A DNA stretch of 57,855 nucleotides from Chlamydiota bacterium (GCA_947505635.1 CANNLR010000001.1:1-57855); one strand, 5' to 3'. Shown: positions 17,751 through 27,105, numbered from the stretch's first letter. Translations and numbers: made by a program. The notes: generated by a model not told the origin, from the letters alone.

Positions 17751-18055
17751 TCTACTACTTTTAAATCATCGGGGATTGTTGCTGGTTTTGGTAGGATTAG
17801 GCGTGGCATTATTCTAAAGGCAGAGCTGGAACTTTTAGATAAAGGGGATGTGCTTTTTGAGGAAGAGTCTTGTGCCGTGATAGAGTTGTCTTTTAAGCTC
17901 TTTGAAGAGGTAGAGGTGGGTGAGGTTTTTGGATCGCTAAAAAACAGCTTTTGAATTTTTTCATCAGCTGTTTTTTTGGGAGGGGCTTTTTCTGCCCAAC
18001 GCTCAGTGGTATTTATTTGAGAATTTGTGTCTTTTAAAGATCCAGGTATGTTCAT
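17681..18055 (-). CDS. Hypothetical Ser/Thr/Lys-rich low-complexity protein (doubtful)
   Basis: 124-aa ORF with no SD. Its 3' end overlaps the convergent ABC-F gene by 70 nt. It is the only ORF in the 300-nt gap. Confidence 0.3.
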   Translation of the reverse strand: MNIPGSLKDTNSQINTTERWAEKAPPKKTADEKIQKLFFSDPKTSPTSTSSKSLKDNSITAQDSSSKSTSPLSKSSSSAFRIMPRLILPKPATIPDDLKVVDYEAEETLSNKTCQRSYKESKDT

Positions 18056-18262
18056 TTTGGTCCGTATTGTAATTATGATTTTTTGCCGATTCTATAATAA
18101 GATAGAATGTGACACAAGAGCTTATTTTGAATTATGTTCCTGTTTTTAAGTGATTTTATATATATTAAAATTTAATTTGTCAGTATTTGTAATAAAAAGG
18201 TCTCTTTTCATTGCAAAAAAAAATAATACATGGTATCATTTTATGGAAATAAGAGAGGTTTA

Positions 18263-19414
18263 ATGAATAGAAAACTATTAATTTTAAGTACTGGATTTGC
18301 TTTGTTTTCGATGTTTTTCGGGTCTGGTAACTTAGTATTCCCTATCACAGTCGGTCAACAAAGTGAAGGTCATTTTTTATTAGCCGCGCTAGGAATCTTA
18401 CTTACTGGGGTTGTGGTCCCTCTTTTAGGTGTACTAGGAATGATGCTGTATAAGGGATCTATAAAAAATTTCTTTTCTTCTTTAGGAGGAGTGGGAACAT
18501 TTGTTTTTTCATTTGGAGCCCTAGCTCTCATGGGTCCCTTTGGCGTCCTAGCCCGATGTTTCACTGTAGCACATGGAGCTGTAGAAGGCTTATTGCCATC
18601 GCTCCCTCTTGTTGTAACCAGCTTCGTGTTTTGTTTAGCTATTTATCTTACAACAATTAAAAAAAACACTGTAATACCTATGCTAGGATCAATTCTTACC
18701 CCTTTACTTTTGACAGCTATTGCAGCCATTGCGTTTTTTGCTTTCCAGGGCGATGCCCCCGTTGCAGTTGTAATGCATAAGGTAGGTGGTTGGAATGCTT
18801 TTAAAAATGGCTTTTTTCAGGGCTATCAAACGATGGACCTCTTAGCTGCTTTCTTTTTTTCTGTTTTTGTGATTCAACACTTGCAATCAGCAAAAAAACA
18901 AGAGACTACAGAAAAGGGTTATTTAAAAATATTCTTGCAGTCTGCTGGCTTAGGGGGTGGCGTTTTAGCTGCCGTTTATACCGTGCTAGTAGTTTTGGGA
19001 CATAAATATGCCCCATCTTTATCTTCGCTAGCTCCTCAAGAGATGCTTCGCCACATCGCAGGGCAGACACTAGGATCTATGGCAGCTCCTTGCCTTTGTG
19101 TTCTGATTGTGCTCGCTTGTTTTACGACAGCAATTGTGTTAGCTTCTCTTTTTTCTGATTTTTTACAAAAAGAAGTTCTTAAAGGGAAAGTCAATCATCA
19201 TGTGTCTATGATCATTACTTTAGCTATTGGATTTTCCGTGTCTACGTTAGGTTTTTCAGGGATTGCAAGATTTTTAGGTCCTGTCTTAGAAGTTGTGTAT
19301 CCTGCCTTGATCATGTTGACTCTTGTAAATATCGCCCATAAATTTTGGGGTGTTAAAAACTCTCATTGGCCTGTAACACTGACTTTTGTTGCCCGTCTTT
19401 GTATGGCTATTTAA
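18263..19414 (+). CDS. brnQ: Branched-chain amino acid transport carrier (LIVCS family)
   Basis: GFALFSMFFGSGNLVFPITVG motif and about 12 TM segments. ATG 18263 is preceded by AGAGAGG. Confidence 0.85.
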   Translation: MNRKLLILSTGFALFSMFFGSGNLVFPITVGQQSEGHFLLAALGILLTGVVVPLLGVLGMMLYKGSIKNFFSSLGGVGTFVFSFGALALMGPFGVLARCFTVAHGAVEGLLPSLPLVVTSFVFCLAIYLTTIKKNTVIPMLGSILTPLLLTAIAAIAFFAFQGDAPVAVVMHKVGGWNAFKNGFFQGYQTMDLLAAFFFSVFVIQHLQSAKKQETTEKGYLKIFLQSAGLGGGVLAAVYTVLVVLGHKYAPSLSSLAPQEMLRHIAGQTLGSMAAPCLCVLIVLACFTTAIVLASLFSDFLQKEVLKGKVNHHVSMIITLAIGFSVSTLGFSGIARFLGPVLEVVYPALIMLTLVNIAHKFWGVKNSHWPVTLTFVARLCMAI

Positions 19415-20393
19415 TTTTCAAAACTAAAGATCCCTTTTTTTTACCCTCTTTAAGATCTTGCAACGCTTCGTTTGCAAGTTCAAGAGGGTAGGTATGAGTG
19501 ATAGTCTCAACAGGATGGTCTTTTATATAAGCAAAGAAGTCTTTTCCATTTTGTCTTGTTAAATGAGAAACTGTGGTAAGTACTTTTTCAAAGAAAAGAT
19601 CCTTATAAGGAAAAGAGGGGATGTCAGTCATATGAATCCCTGCAGAAATGCAAATACCACCCTTTTGCAGAACCTGTAAAGCTTGAACCATCAGTTCTCC
19701 TGCAGGAGCAAAAACAATCACAGCTTCTAAGGGTTCAGGGGGGATTTCATCAGAATCGCCAACCCAAACAGCCCCTAGTTTTTTAGCTAAAGCTTTTCCT
19801 TCTAAATCTCCTTTACGTGTGAAAACAAAGATCCTTTTGTTTTGCTCTTTGGCTATTTGTAATAAGATGTGAGCTGAAGAGCCAAACCCGTAAAAACCGA
19901 TAGTCTGAGCCCCTTTTGTAGCCAAGTAGGCTCTGAAGCCAATGAGTCCTGCGCAAAGTAGAGGGGCTAATGCAACAGCTGAAGTGAAATTGGGTAGAGC
20001 TAGAGCATACTTTGCATTACAAGTCGTGTACTCTGCATAACCTCCCTGTGTGTGATAACCGGTGAAGAGGGCTTTATCGCAAAGATTTTCTTTTTTTTTA
20101 AGGCAATAACAACATTCATTGCAGGTACAAGCTAGCCAAGGGATTCCAACGCGGTCCCCTACTTTCCAATCTTGAACCTTACCTCCTAATTGTTGTATTT
20201 TCCCAACGATCTGATGTCCTAAGATGAGAGGTTTTTTGTGTAGAGGAAGATCGCCTTCAAGGATGTGAAGATCAGTTCTACATACACCGCAAGCTTCTAT
20301 TTCTATAAGGAGTTCATCCTCTTTTGGAATGGGTATAGGGATATCTTGTAAGATGAGAGGCTGATTTTTGGCTATTAAGATCATGGCTTTCAT
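19407..20393 (-). CDS. Zinc-dependent alcohol dehydrogenase (MDR superfamily)
   Basis: GVCRTDLHILEG (catalytic Zn), structural Zn cluster CTCNECCYCLKKKENLC, GFYGFGSSAH Rossmann motif. Confidence 0.85.
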   Translation of the reverse strand: MKAMILIAKNQPLILQDIPIPIPKEDELLIEIEACGVCRTDLHILEGDLPLHKKPLILGHQIVGKIQQLGGKVQDWKVGDRVGIPWLACTCNECCYCLKKKENLCDKALFTGYHTQGGYAEYTTCNAKYALALPNFTSAVALAPLLCAGLIGFRAYLATKGAQTIGFYGFGSSAHILLQIAKEQNKRIFVFTRKGDLEGKALAKKLGAVWVGDSDEIPPEPLEAVIVFAPAGELMVQALQVLQKGGICISAGIHMTDIPSFPYKDLFFEKVLTTVSHLTRQNGKDFFAYIKDHPVETITHTYPLELANEALQDLKEGKKKGSLVLKIK

Positions 20394-20510
20394 TTATAAG
20401 GCTCATTGTATTGTTAATGTACTCTCTATAGCTCTTTTTATATTAAATTATCAAAATAAAAGTTATTTAATAAATAATATTATTGTCTTATAGGGAAATA
20501 AAATAGATAG

Positions 20511-20604
20511 ATAAGCCGAGGAATCCCTGTATATGCAAAAAATATCTATTGAAAAGGGGTCTTTAGCGGGATTGCCCGAACTGAAAACAGTATTTAATGT
20601 TTAA
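20511..20604 (+). pseudogene. Internally deleted relic of a third copy of the downstream glycosyltransferase-like gene
   Basis: TAGATAGATAAGCCGAGGAAT (20504..) matches the leader and start of the next gene, TAGATAGATGAGCCGAGGAGT, but has ATA instead of ATG. About 45 nt later, AAAGGGGTCTTTAGCGGGATTGCCCGAACTGAAAACAGTATTTAATGTTTAA translates to KGSLAGLPELKTVFNV*, which resembles the paralog C-termini GGLKGLLDGLPALKKVFEST* and GGLKGSLEKIPDLKKVFDS*. Confidence 0.55.
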
Positions 20605-20685
20605 CTGGGCCATATCTATTAAAAAACTTTAGTAAATATATTTTTTGTTTTATAAAAAAATAAAAAAACAGAAATAGGTAGATAG

Positions 20686-21444
20686 ATGAGCCGAGGAGTA
20701 CTTGTAGCCTCAGATTCTCACATGGAATGGCTATTGGAGTGGTGGTGGGAAAGATATTCTAGCTGCAATACACTTCCTGTTGTTTTTGTAGATTTAGGAA
20801 TGACAGATAAGTCTAAAGAGTGGTGTCAGGAACGGGGGCAGCTGCTTAGTGTGAGAGAAGTGGTTTTTTCGGAGGTTGTGATAAAAGAATGGGAAGAGAT
20901 TTATGGTTCTAGTTACGGGCAAGCTAGAAAGGCTTGGTTCAAAAAGCCGTTAGCTTGTTTATTGAGTCCTTTTGATGAGACTGTCTGGATGGACCTTGAT
21001 TGTGAAGTGTTAAGTTCTATTGAGTCTATCTTTTCTTATTTAGAGGAAGAGGATCTAGCTATTGCTTTAGATCGAGTGTCTGCTATTCCTGAAGGATTTT
21101 CTCCTGAGACTGATCCTGAGGATCGAATGCTTTTTAATGGAGGGGTAATCGCTTACCGTAAGGGGAGTGAGATTGTGAAAGAATGGGCTCGTATAGCTCT
21201 TATTGAGTCTCATTTGTACTGGGGAGATGATTATATCCTTTCAGCCATCATTCATCGACTACAAGGAAAAGTACAAGTTCTTCCTCCTATTTATAATTGG
21301 CGTCTTGCTGATGGGGTCCCTTTTTATGCTAAAATTATTCATTGGTGTGGCGAATGGGGAAAGGCCTGTATCCTTAAGCAAGGAGGACTGAAAGGTCTTC
21401 TTGATGGCTTGCCTGCATTAAAAAAGGTGTTTGAATCTACATAA
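20686..21444 (+). CDS. GT-A fold, GT8-like DXD glycosyltransferase-like protein (paralog 1)
   Basis: 252 aa. WMDLDCEVL (DXD), FNGGVIAYRKGS, GDDYILSAIIH, LPPIYNW and IIHWCGEWGK follow the order of GT8 family blocks. Confidence 0.6.
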   Translation: MSRGVLVASDSHMEWLLEWWWERYSSCNTLPVVFVDLGMTDKSKEWCQERGQLLSVREVVFSEVVIKEWEEIYGSSYGQARKAWFKKPLACLLSPFDETVWMDLDCEVLSSIESIFSYLEEEDLAIALDRVSAIPEGFSPETDPEDRMLFNGGVIAYRKGSEIVKEWARIALIESHLYWGDDYILSAIIHRLQGKVQVLPPIYNWRLADGVPFYAKIIHWCGEWGKACILKQGGLKGLLDGLPALKKVFEST

Positions 21445-21456
21445 TCGGATGAACAG

Positions 21457-22212
21457 ATGAAAAGAGGTGTTATTGTCGGATCAGATTCTCATTTGGAATG
21501 GTTATTGCCTTGGTGGTGGGAAAGATATAGCTGTTGTAACCAGCTTCCTGTTGTTTTTGTAGATTTTGGGATGACATCACAAGCTAGAGATTGGTGTCAA
21601 GAAAGAGGAGAGCTGCTTGCTGTGACAGAGAGTTTTTCTTCGATCGTAATCAAAAAAGAGTGGGAGAACCTTTATGGTTCTAGTTACAGCCAAGCCAGAA
21701 AAGCTTGGTTTAAAAAACCTTTAGCTTGTTTATTAAGCCCGTTTGAAGAAACCGTCTGGATAGATCTTGACTGTGAGGTGTTAAGCTCTATAGAGCCAAT
21801 ATTTTCTTACTTAGAAGAAAAAGAGCTAGCCATTGTTCGAACAGATGATGCAATTCCGGAAGGTTTTTCTCCTAAGGTGAAAGGATTTGAAAATCCATTG
21901 ATTTTCAATGGGGGTGTAATTGCTTTTCGTAAGGGAAGCAAGCTTGTTCAAGAGTGGGCCCGTATAACACTTGATGAATCTCACTTATATTGGGGAGATG
22001 ATTATATACTTTCTCTTCTTATTCATCAGTGGGAAGAAAAAGTACAGATTCTTCCTCCTATTTATAATTGGCGTCTGGCAGAAGGGGTTCCTTTTTACGC
22101 AAAAATCATTCACTGGTGTGGGGAGTGGGGAAAAGAGTATATTGCTAAACAAGGTGGATTAAAAGGGTCTCTTGAAAAGATACCTGATTTGAAAAAAGTA
22201 TTTGATTCTTGA
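21457..22212 (+). CDS. GT-A fold, GT8-like DXD glycosyltransferase-like protein (paralog 2)
   Basis: 251 aa, collinear with paralog 1 and roughly three quarters identical by eye. Same WIDLDCEVL, FNGGVIAFRKGS and IIHWCGEWGK blocks. 12-nt spacer between the copies. Confidence 0.6.
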   Translation: MKRGVIVGSDSHLEWLLPWWWERYSCCNQLPVVFVDFGMTSQARDWCQERGELLAVTESFSSIVIKKEWENLYGSSYSQARKAWFKKPLACLLSPFEETVWIDLDCEVLSSIEPIFSYLEEKELAIVRTDDAIPEGFSPKVKGFENPLIFNGGVIAFRKGSKLVQEWARITLDESHLYWGDDYILSLLIHQWEEKVQILPPIYNWRLAEGVPFYAKIIHWCGEWGKEYIAKQGGLKGSLEKIPDLKKVFDS

Positions 22213-22213
22213 G

Positions 22214-24226
22214 TTAGGCAGGATCAAGAGTTTGGTAAGAGACGATTTTTAATAGATTTTGAGGGATTTCAAAGAGGAATCTTGAAGGAGAGGTGACTAT
22301 TTTTTTCCCCATCTTTTTTCGTTCTCTTGCCATGCTTAATATTAAGTGTTTTTTAGCTCGAGTCATAGCCACGTACATGAGCCTTCTTTCTTCTTCGAGC
22401 CCGGATTGAGTTACGCTTTTTTCATGTGGCATAAGATGGTCTTCTAGGCAGACAAGAAAACACACTTCAAATTCAAGCCCTTTAGCGCTATGAATTGTCA
22501 TGAGATGTACTTTGTCATCTGTATTTTCTTTTAGTTTTTTTGGTCCTGGCTGAGATTGGAGTAGAGTTGTGCTTAAAAAATCTTGTAATGTTGGAGTTGG
22601 GTCTAATAGATCTTTCTTCTTTTCTTCTTCATAAGAGCTTAGAGCATCTATGCAACTTAAGACGTTATCCCACTTAAATTCTCTCATTTTTTCACTTTTG
22701 GCATCATCTTTAATTGATTTTTTATACTCGATTTCTTCGATGAAAGCTTCTAGTGTTTTATGAAGAGGTCCTGTTTGGAATTTTTCTTTTGTTCTTTCTA
22801 TGAGAGTGAGAAAGTTTTCAATCCCTGTGAGAGCTTTAACGGATAGATCGTCTCGTAAGGGAGAAAATAGATCGGTAGAAGAAAGAAGTACATCCCAAAG
22901 GGGGATTCCTTGAGAACGGTTATGCTGGGTTAGTAGATCTAGACATTTTTCAGAAATACCTCTTCTCGGGACATTAATTATTCGTAAAAGAGCCTCTTCA
23001 TCTTCTGGATTTTCCATAATACGAAGGTAGGCTAGGAGGTCTTTGATCTCTGCTCTTTCGTAAAATTCTGTCCCTCCAAAGACTTCGTAGGGGATCCCTC
23101 TTTTCCAGGTTCCATTTTCTTCCCAAGCAGCCTGAGCAAGGGTGGTCTCAAATGTTCTGGATAGGGCATTTGATCTATATAAGATAGCCATGTCCTTCCA
23201 GCGAAGGTTTTTGTTTTTTTTATACCAAGCAAGTCTCTGTGCTACGGATTGAGCTTCTTCAAGTTCTGTCGGCGCATGGAAAAGAACAATAGGTTCGCTA
23301 GTTGTTTGGCTGCTCCAAAGTTCTTTGCGATGCCTTTCATTGTTGTGCGCAATCAAATGATTAGCTGCTTGGAGAATGTGCGGAGTTGATCTGTAATTTT
23401 GCTCTAGCTTGATGGTTACGTCAGAAGGAAAGTTAAGAATATTTTTAATCTCAGCTCCTCTCCACCCATAGATTGACTGATCATCATCTCCGACAACACA
23501 AAGATTGTTATATTTCCCAGATAGGAGTTTTGCAAGTTTGTATTGGACGGGGTTGGTGTCTTGATACTCATCAATCATAATGTATTGATATTTGTGTTGA
23601 AATCGTTCTAACACTTCGGGATGTTCTTCAAAAAGTTGGACGGTTAGGGTGAGGAGGCTGTCAAAGTCAACGGCATTATAAGACCTCATACATAGGTGTA
23701 ATCTTTGTAAAAGATCTTTATTAAAGTTTTGAGACCAGCTTCCGGGAATTTCATCTTCGTCTTCAATTTCTGTAAGGCCTTGATTTTTAGAATGAGCGAT
23801 TTTTTGTATCGTTGCTTGGAGTGAAGGTAAGTCTCCCTCATGCTCTAAAGAGTATCTGACAATATTGGTTAACACCCGTTTGACATCTTTTTCATCATAG
23901 AGGCTAAATTGAGAGGTGAATCCTAAGTGATGAATCTCTTTTCTAAGAAGCTGCATGCAGAAGCTATGGAAGGTGCATAAGGTCACTTGTTCTGCTATTT
24001 TAGGAGAAATGAGTTTGCCTACTCGTTCTTTCATTTCTTTAGCGGCTTTATTAGTGAAAGTAAGCCCCAAGATTTTTTGGGGATCGATTTTTAATTCTTC
24101 AATAAGATAAGCGATGCGACAAGCAAGTACACTTGTTTTTCCACTCCCAGCGCCTGCTAGTACAAGAACTTTCCCTGCGGTTGTTCGTACAGCTTTTTTT
24201 TGCTCTGGGTTTAATGTGGTAAGCAC
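22214..24226 (-). CDS. uvrD: UvrD/PcrA/Rep-family ATP-dependent DNA helicase
   Basis: LAGAGSGKTSVL (Walker A), TFTNKAA, IMIDEYQDTN, VVGDDDQSIYGWRGA, QNYRS, TIHSAKGLEF, YVAMTRAK. Confidence 0.93.
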   Translation of the reverse strand: MLTTLNPEQKKAVRTTAGKVLVLAGAGSGKTSVLACRIAYLIEELKIDPQKILGLTFTNKAAKEMKERVGKLISPKIAEQVTLCTFHSFCMQLLRKEIHHLGFTSQFSLYDEKDVKRVLTNIVRYSLEHEGDLPSLQATIQKIAHSKNQGLTEIEDEDEIPGSWSQNFNKDLLQRLHLCMRSYNAVDFDSLLTLTVQLFEEHPEVLERFQHKYQYIMIDEYQDTNPVQYKLAKLLSGKYNNLCVVGDDDQSIYGWRGAEIKNILNFPSDVTIKLEQNYRSTPHILQAANHLIAHNNERHRKELWSSQTTSEPIVLFHAPTELEEAQSVAQRLAWYKKNKNLRWKDMAILYRSNALSRTFETTLAQAAWEENGTWKRGIPYEVFGGTEFYERAEIKDLLAYLRIMENPEDEEALLRIINVPRRGISEKCLDLLTQHNRSQGIPLWDVLLSSTDLFSPLRDDLSVKALTGIENFLTLIERTKEKFQTGPLHKTLEAFIEEIEYKKSIKDDAKSEKMREFKWDNVLSCIDALSSYEEEKKKDLLDPTPTLQDFLSTTLLQSQPGPKKLKENTDDKVHLMTIHSAKGLEFEVCFLVCLEDHLMPHEKSVTQSGLEEERRLMYVAMTRAKKHLILSMARERKKMGKKIVTSPSRFLFEIPQNLLKIVSYQTLDPA

Positions 24227-24229
24227 GAG

Positions 24230-24661
24230 CTACTCCTTAGGCAGAGTTGAAAGAAATTCAAGAAAATCTGCAAGGACTTGCTCCTTTTGGATATTTGTTC
24301 GAGGAAGGCGAGGGGAAACATTTATTTGTAGTCCCTCGGGGACTTCTTCGTATATTTCTCGAAATACTTCTCGGACTAAACGCTTGAATCGATTCCTGTC
24401 GTGAGCTTTGCCGTATTTTTTCGATACAGTAATTCCTAGTCTACAAGGGGCTTTTCCTTTATAGTATTGAAAGAAAAGCACCTTGCTAGGAAACCGCACG
24501 CCTCTTGTAAAAACTTGTTGAAAGTATTTACGAGAAAGAATGCGTAAAGCTTTAGGGAACCCAAGTCCTAGGCGGTAGTTAGTTTTCTGCGGCCTTGTCT
24601 TCTTCTGCGGTTGATGATTATCCGCCCCTTGGCCGTTTTCATCCTTTTGCGAAATCCACAT
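24230..24661 (-). CDS. rnpA: RNase P protein component; true start probably downstream of the track start
   Basis: [36 protein letters not shown] is an RnpA-typical core, immediately downstream of rpmH. With the ATG at 24661, the first 31 codons overlap rpmH in another frame. No canonical start lies between 24661 and the conserved core. Confidence 0.75.
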   Translation of the reverse strand: MWISQKDENGQGADNHQPQKKTRPQKTNYRLGLGFPKALRILSRKYFQQVFTRGVRFPSKVLFFQYYKGKAPCRLGITVSKKYGKAHDRNRFKRLVREVFREIYEEVPEGLQINVSPRLPRTNIQKEQVLADFLEFLSTLPKE

Positions 24662-24705
24662 GCTTTTTGACGTTTAATTTTACTGGGTTGATAAGTTCGT
24701 TTCAT
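24568..24705 (-). CDS. rpmH: 50S ribosomal protein L34
   Basis: Not in the ORF track (45 aa). Hand translation: [45 protein letters not shown]. Confidence 0.92.
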   Translation of the reverse strand: MKRTYQPSKIKRQKACGFRKRMKTAKGRIIINRRRRQGRRKLTTA

Positions 24706-25025
24706 GAAAAAATTCGCGCAAACTAAGAAGTTTTTGACTTCTTTGAGGAAGCGCGCTCCTCTATATATTGGTTAACACTAGGTCAGGATGTAATACCTGA
24801 AATTTCTTAAAAAATTGCACTTATCCTAATAGAATCCATCTTATCTATCAAGAGCAAAGTCAATACTTGCCAAGAAATCAGCAGAAAGGTATAAGTATTG
24901 GTAACTTTTACAGTATCCGGGCTTTTTTACAGGCTCGTTTAAGGTTGTATAGGAATTTTTAAATCAAGTAACCGCAGGAGCGGCTTCCTTTTCACGCAAG
25001 TGGGAATGAGGCTGTTAAATTTTTT

Positions 25026-25163
25026 ATGAAAGTAAAAGCTTCTATTAAAGCAGATCCGTCCAAAGGGGACAAAATTGTAAGACGCAGAGGTCGGATTTAC
25101 GTTATCAACAAAATTGATCCAAATCGCAAGCAAAGACAAAAAGGTCCAGCTCGCAAAAAGTAA
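25026..25163 (+). CDS. rpmJ: 50S ribosomal protein L36
   Basis: Not in the ORF track (45 aa). Hand translation: [45 protein letters not shown]. Confidence 0.9.
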   Translation: MKVKASIKADPSKGDKIVRRRGRIYVINKIDPNRKQRQKGPARKK

Positions 25164-25181
25164 CAAGAGATTATACGTTAT

Positions 25182-25487
25182 ATGGCAAGAACATCTTCGA
25201 TTGCAAAGCAAAAGAAAAGAGAGAGAATGGTTGCCCTGAAGTGGGACAAAAGGCAACAATTGAAAAAAACTATTTTAGACCTCTCCATAAGTGAAGAAGA
25301 GCGTCACGAAGCTGTTGTCGCTCTTAATAAACTACCTAAGAATTCTTCTCCTGTCCGTCTGCGCAGCCGCTGCCAGATTACAGGAAGATCTAGAGGCTGT
25401 CTAAAGAAATTCAAACTATCCCGTCTTTGCTTCCGTGAGATGGCAAATAATGGTTTGATTCCCGGTGTAGTAAAATCTAGCTGGTAG
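25182..25487 (+). CDS. rpsN: 30S ribosomal protein S14
   Basis: [60 protein letters not shown] is a canonical long-form S14. Confidence 0.95.
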   Translation: MARTSSIAKQKKRERMVALKWDKRQQLKKTILDLSISEEERHEAVVALNKLPKNSSPVRLRSRCQITGRSRGCLKKFKLSRLCFREMANNGLIPGVVKSSW

Positions 25488-25497
25488 TTTCTCAAAA

Positions 25498-25532
25498 ATA
25501 AGGCTTTTTAACAAAAAAGCCTTATTTTTTTC
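25498..25532. terminator. Bidirectional rho-independent terminator after rpsN
   Basis: ATAAGGCTTTTT (25498..25509), loop AACA, AAAAAGCCTTAT (25514..25525), then a T-run. An A-run precedes it, so it also works for the convergent minus-strand gene. Confidence 0.7.
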
Positions 25533-25574
25533 TTTACGCACGTTCGTGTGAATTATTTTTTATAAAAATTAGAT

Positions 25575-26072
25575 TTAATGGGGTTGATAGAGAGCTCTTA
25601 TCGCATCTTTAGGCGAATGATCTTGATGGGATTGTAAAAAACATGACAATTCGAATCGGGCCTCAGTCATGTAAGACTCAAGATCATCTTCTGATAACCA
25701 TCGATTGATGCCTATATTTAGATATTCGTTATTAGTGGGGATGAGTATGATTTTTTTTGTTCGATCAAAGGATACTTGAGCTACTTGACTGGTTTTAGAA
25801 TTTTCTAATTTTTGCAACTCCTGAGTGCGGAGAAAGAGCTGTGCAGCTTGAGTGTTTTTTATAGCCTGTGAAACTCTTGTTTTAGAGGATCCTTTTGGTG
25901 TTACGAAAGGTTTGTATAATTCTTTTACTTTTTGGATCTGTATATTAAGGTCTTTTAGGGGGAAGTTTTCTTTAAGAGCCGATTTTTGGCTATTTTTTGT
26001 TGGGCTTGAGAGTTCTGAAGAGTTGTAACTTGAAAGTGTATTTGTTGAGGAATGACCTTGTAACGAATTCAT
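25575..26072 (-). CDS. Hypothetical protein
   Basis: 165-aa ORF with a Ser-rich N-terminus. No recognisable motif. Downstream of the GYF-domain gene on the same strand. Confidence 0.45.
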   Translation of the reverse strand: MNSLQGHSSTNTLSSYNSSELSSPTKNSQKSALKENFPLKDLNIQIQKVKELYKPFVTPKGSSKTRVSQAIKNTQAAQLFLRTQELQKLENSKTSQVAQVSFDRTKKIILIPTNNEYLNIGINRWLSEDDLESYMTEARFELSCFLQSHQDHSPKDAIRALYQPH

Positions 26073-26115
26073 TTTGTCCTTATAGGTTTGATAGTGATTA
26101 ATTTAATTTATAAAG

Positions 26116-26559
26116 TTATGTGGGGAAGACTTTTGAAAAAGGGGTCCAGTTTGCAAGAGTTTCGTTCCAGACATAGGTTTCTTGAGATATTTTCCCTTCT
26201 TTCCAGCTGCGATAAAAAGCTTGAAAGCTCATAGGGCCTATGGTTTGACTATCTATGGAAAGATAGTACCAAAGTTTTTCTGCTGCAATAGGGTCTATAG
26301 AAAGTTCTGCATGGGGAGGGATATCTATTGTAGTAGAATGATCTTCTGTTGAAGAAGAGCTTTTCAGGGCTTTAAAGATTTTCTTTCTAAGTAAATATAA
26401 AGATAGACTCTTAAGAGCTGGGAGTAAAAAAATAAATATCAAGGCATAGGTTTTGCATAAACATCCTATTGCAAACCATATATAGGGGTTTTTTTTCATT
26501 CTTTTAGCGTAATAGGCTCCTGTTAAGCCAAAAGCTAACGTGTAAAAAAAGGGCCACAT
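26116..26559 (-). CDS. Membrane protein with C-terminal GYF_2 (DUF4339)-like domain
   Basis: Two N-terminal TM helices, then WYYLSIDSQTIGPMSFQAFYRSWKEGKISQETYVWNETLANWTPF (GYF_2 pattern). Confidence 0.6.
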   Translation of the reverse strand: MWPFFYTLAFGLTGAYYAKRMKKNPYIWFAIGCLCKTYALIFIFLLPALKSLSLYLLRKKIFKALKSSSSTEDHSTTIDIPPHAELSIDPIAAEKLWYYLSIDSQTIGPMSFQAFYRSWKEGKISQETYVWNETLANWTPFSKVFPT

Positions 26560-26592
26560 AAGATTCTCCTATTTATTTTTAGAAGATCAACC

Positions 26593-26621
26593 TTTGCTCA
26601 AAGGAGATTTTCTGGTACAAT
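26593..26621 (+). promoter_or_regulatory. Candidate sigma-70-type promoter with extended -10 upstream of the Asp23-family gene
   Basis: TTGCTC (26594..26599), 16-nt spacer, TG-n-TACAAT (26613..26621), about 38 nt upstream of the ATG at 26659. Confidence 0.3.
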
Positions 26622-26658
26622 GCTATCAGATTTAACAATTAAAAACGAGGTTTGATTT

Positions 26659-27099
26659 ATGCATGATCAGCTAAAAAGAATAGATAAAAAAGAGGTAGAC
26701 CTACCAGATACCATATTCATTAGGGATATTGAAACGAAGGTTTTTCAATCTATTATTATACAGTGTCTTGCTAAGATTGAAGGGGTGGCTTTGCTCGAGG
26801 GAAGTTTCATCGACAACTTGCTTGGGCGAGATGTAAATGATGGGGTAAAAGGGATTCATGTAGAACAAGATCCAAAGCAACACTCTATTCAAGTTAAAAT
26901 TGAAATTACAGTTGCCTATGGGGTGCCTATTCCTCAAAAAGCAGAGGAAATACAAGAGAAGATTGCAGAAGAGATCAGTCAATTGACAGAGTTACATGTA
27001 GGAAGTGTCCATGTAATTTTTAAAAACCTTATTCCTCACAAACACACATTTTCTGCAGGGGAAGAGCTAGCTACTTTAGGCTCGAGATACAATGGATAG
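26659..27099 (+). CDS. Asp23/Gls24-family (alkaline shock protein-like) protein
   Basis: IFIRDIETKVFQSIIIQCLAKIEGVALLEG..KGIHVEQD..IEITVAYGVPIPQKAEEIQEKIAEEISQLTELHVGSVHVIFKNL follows the Asp23 family pattern. Confidence 0.7.
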   Translation: MHDQLKRIDKKEVDLPDTIFIRDIETKVFQSIIIQCLAKIEGVALLEGSFIDNLLGRDVNDGVKGIHVEQDPKQHSIQVKIEITVAYGVPIPQKAEEIQEKIAEEISQLTELHVGSVHVIFKNLIPHKHTFSAGEELATLGSRYNG

Positions 27100-27105
27100 A
27101 GTGGG

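Noticed and set aside
24821-24829. DnaA-box-like TTATCCTAA next to rpmH (possible oriC)
   Set aside because: It is a single 7/9 match to TTATCCACA. There is no cluster of boxes, no adjacent dnaA and no AT-rich 13-mer array.
24939-25259. 106-aa minus-strand ORF
   Set aside because: It lies antisense to rpmJ and the start of rpsN, both of which have unmistakable ribosomal-protein translations. It has no SD or motif.
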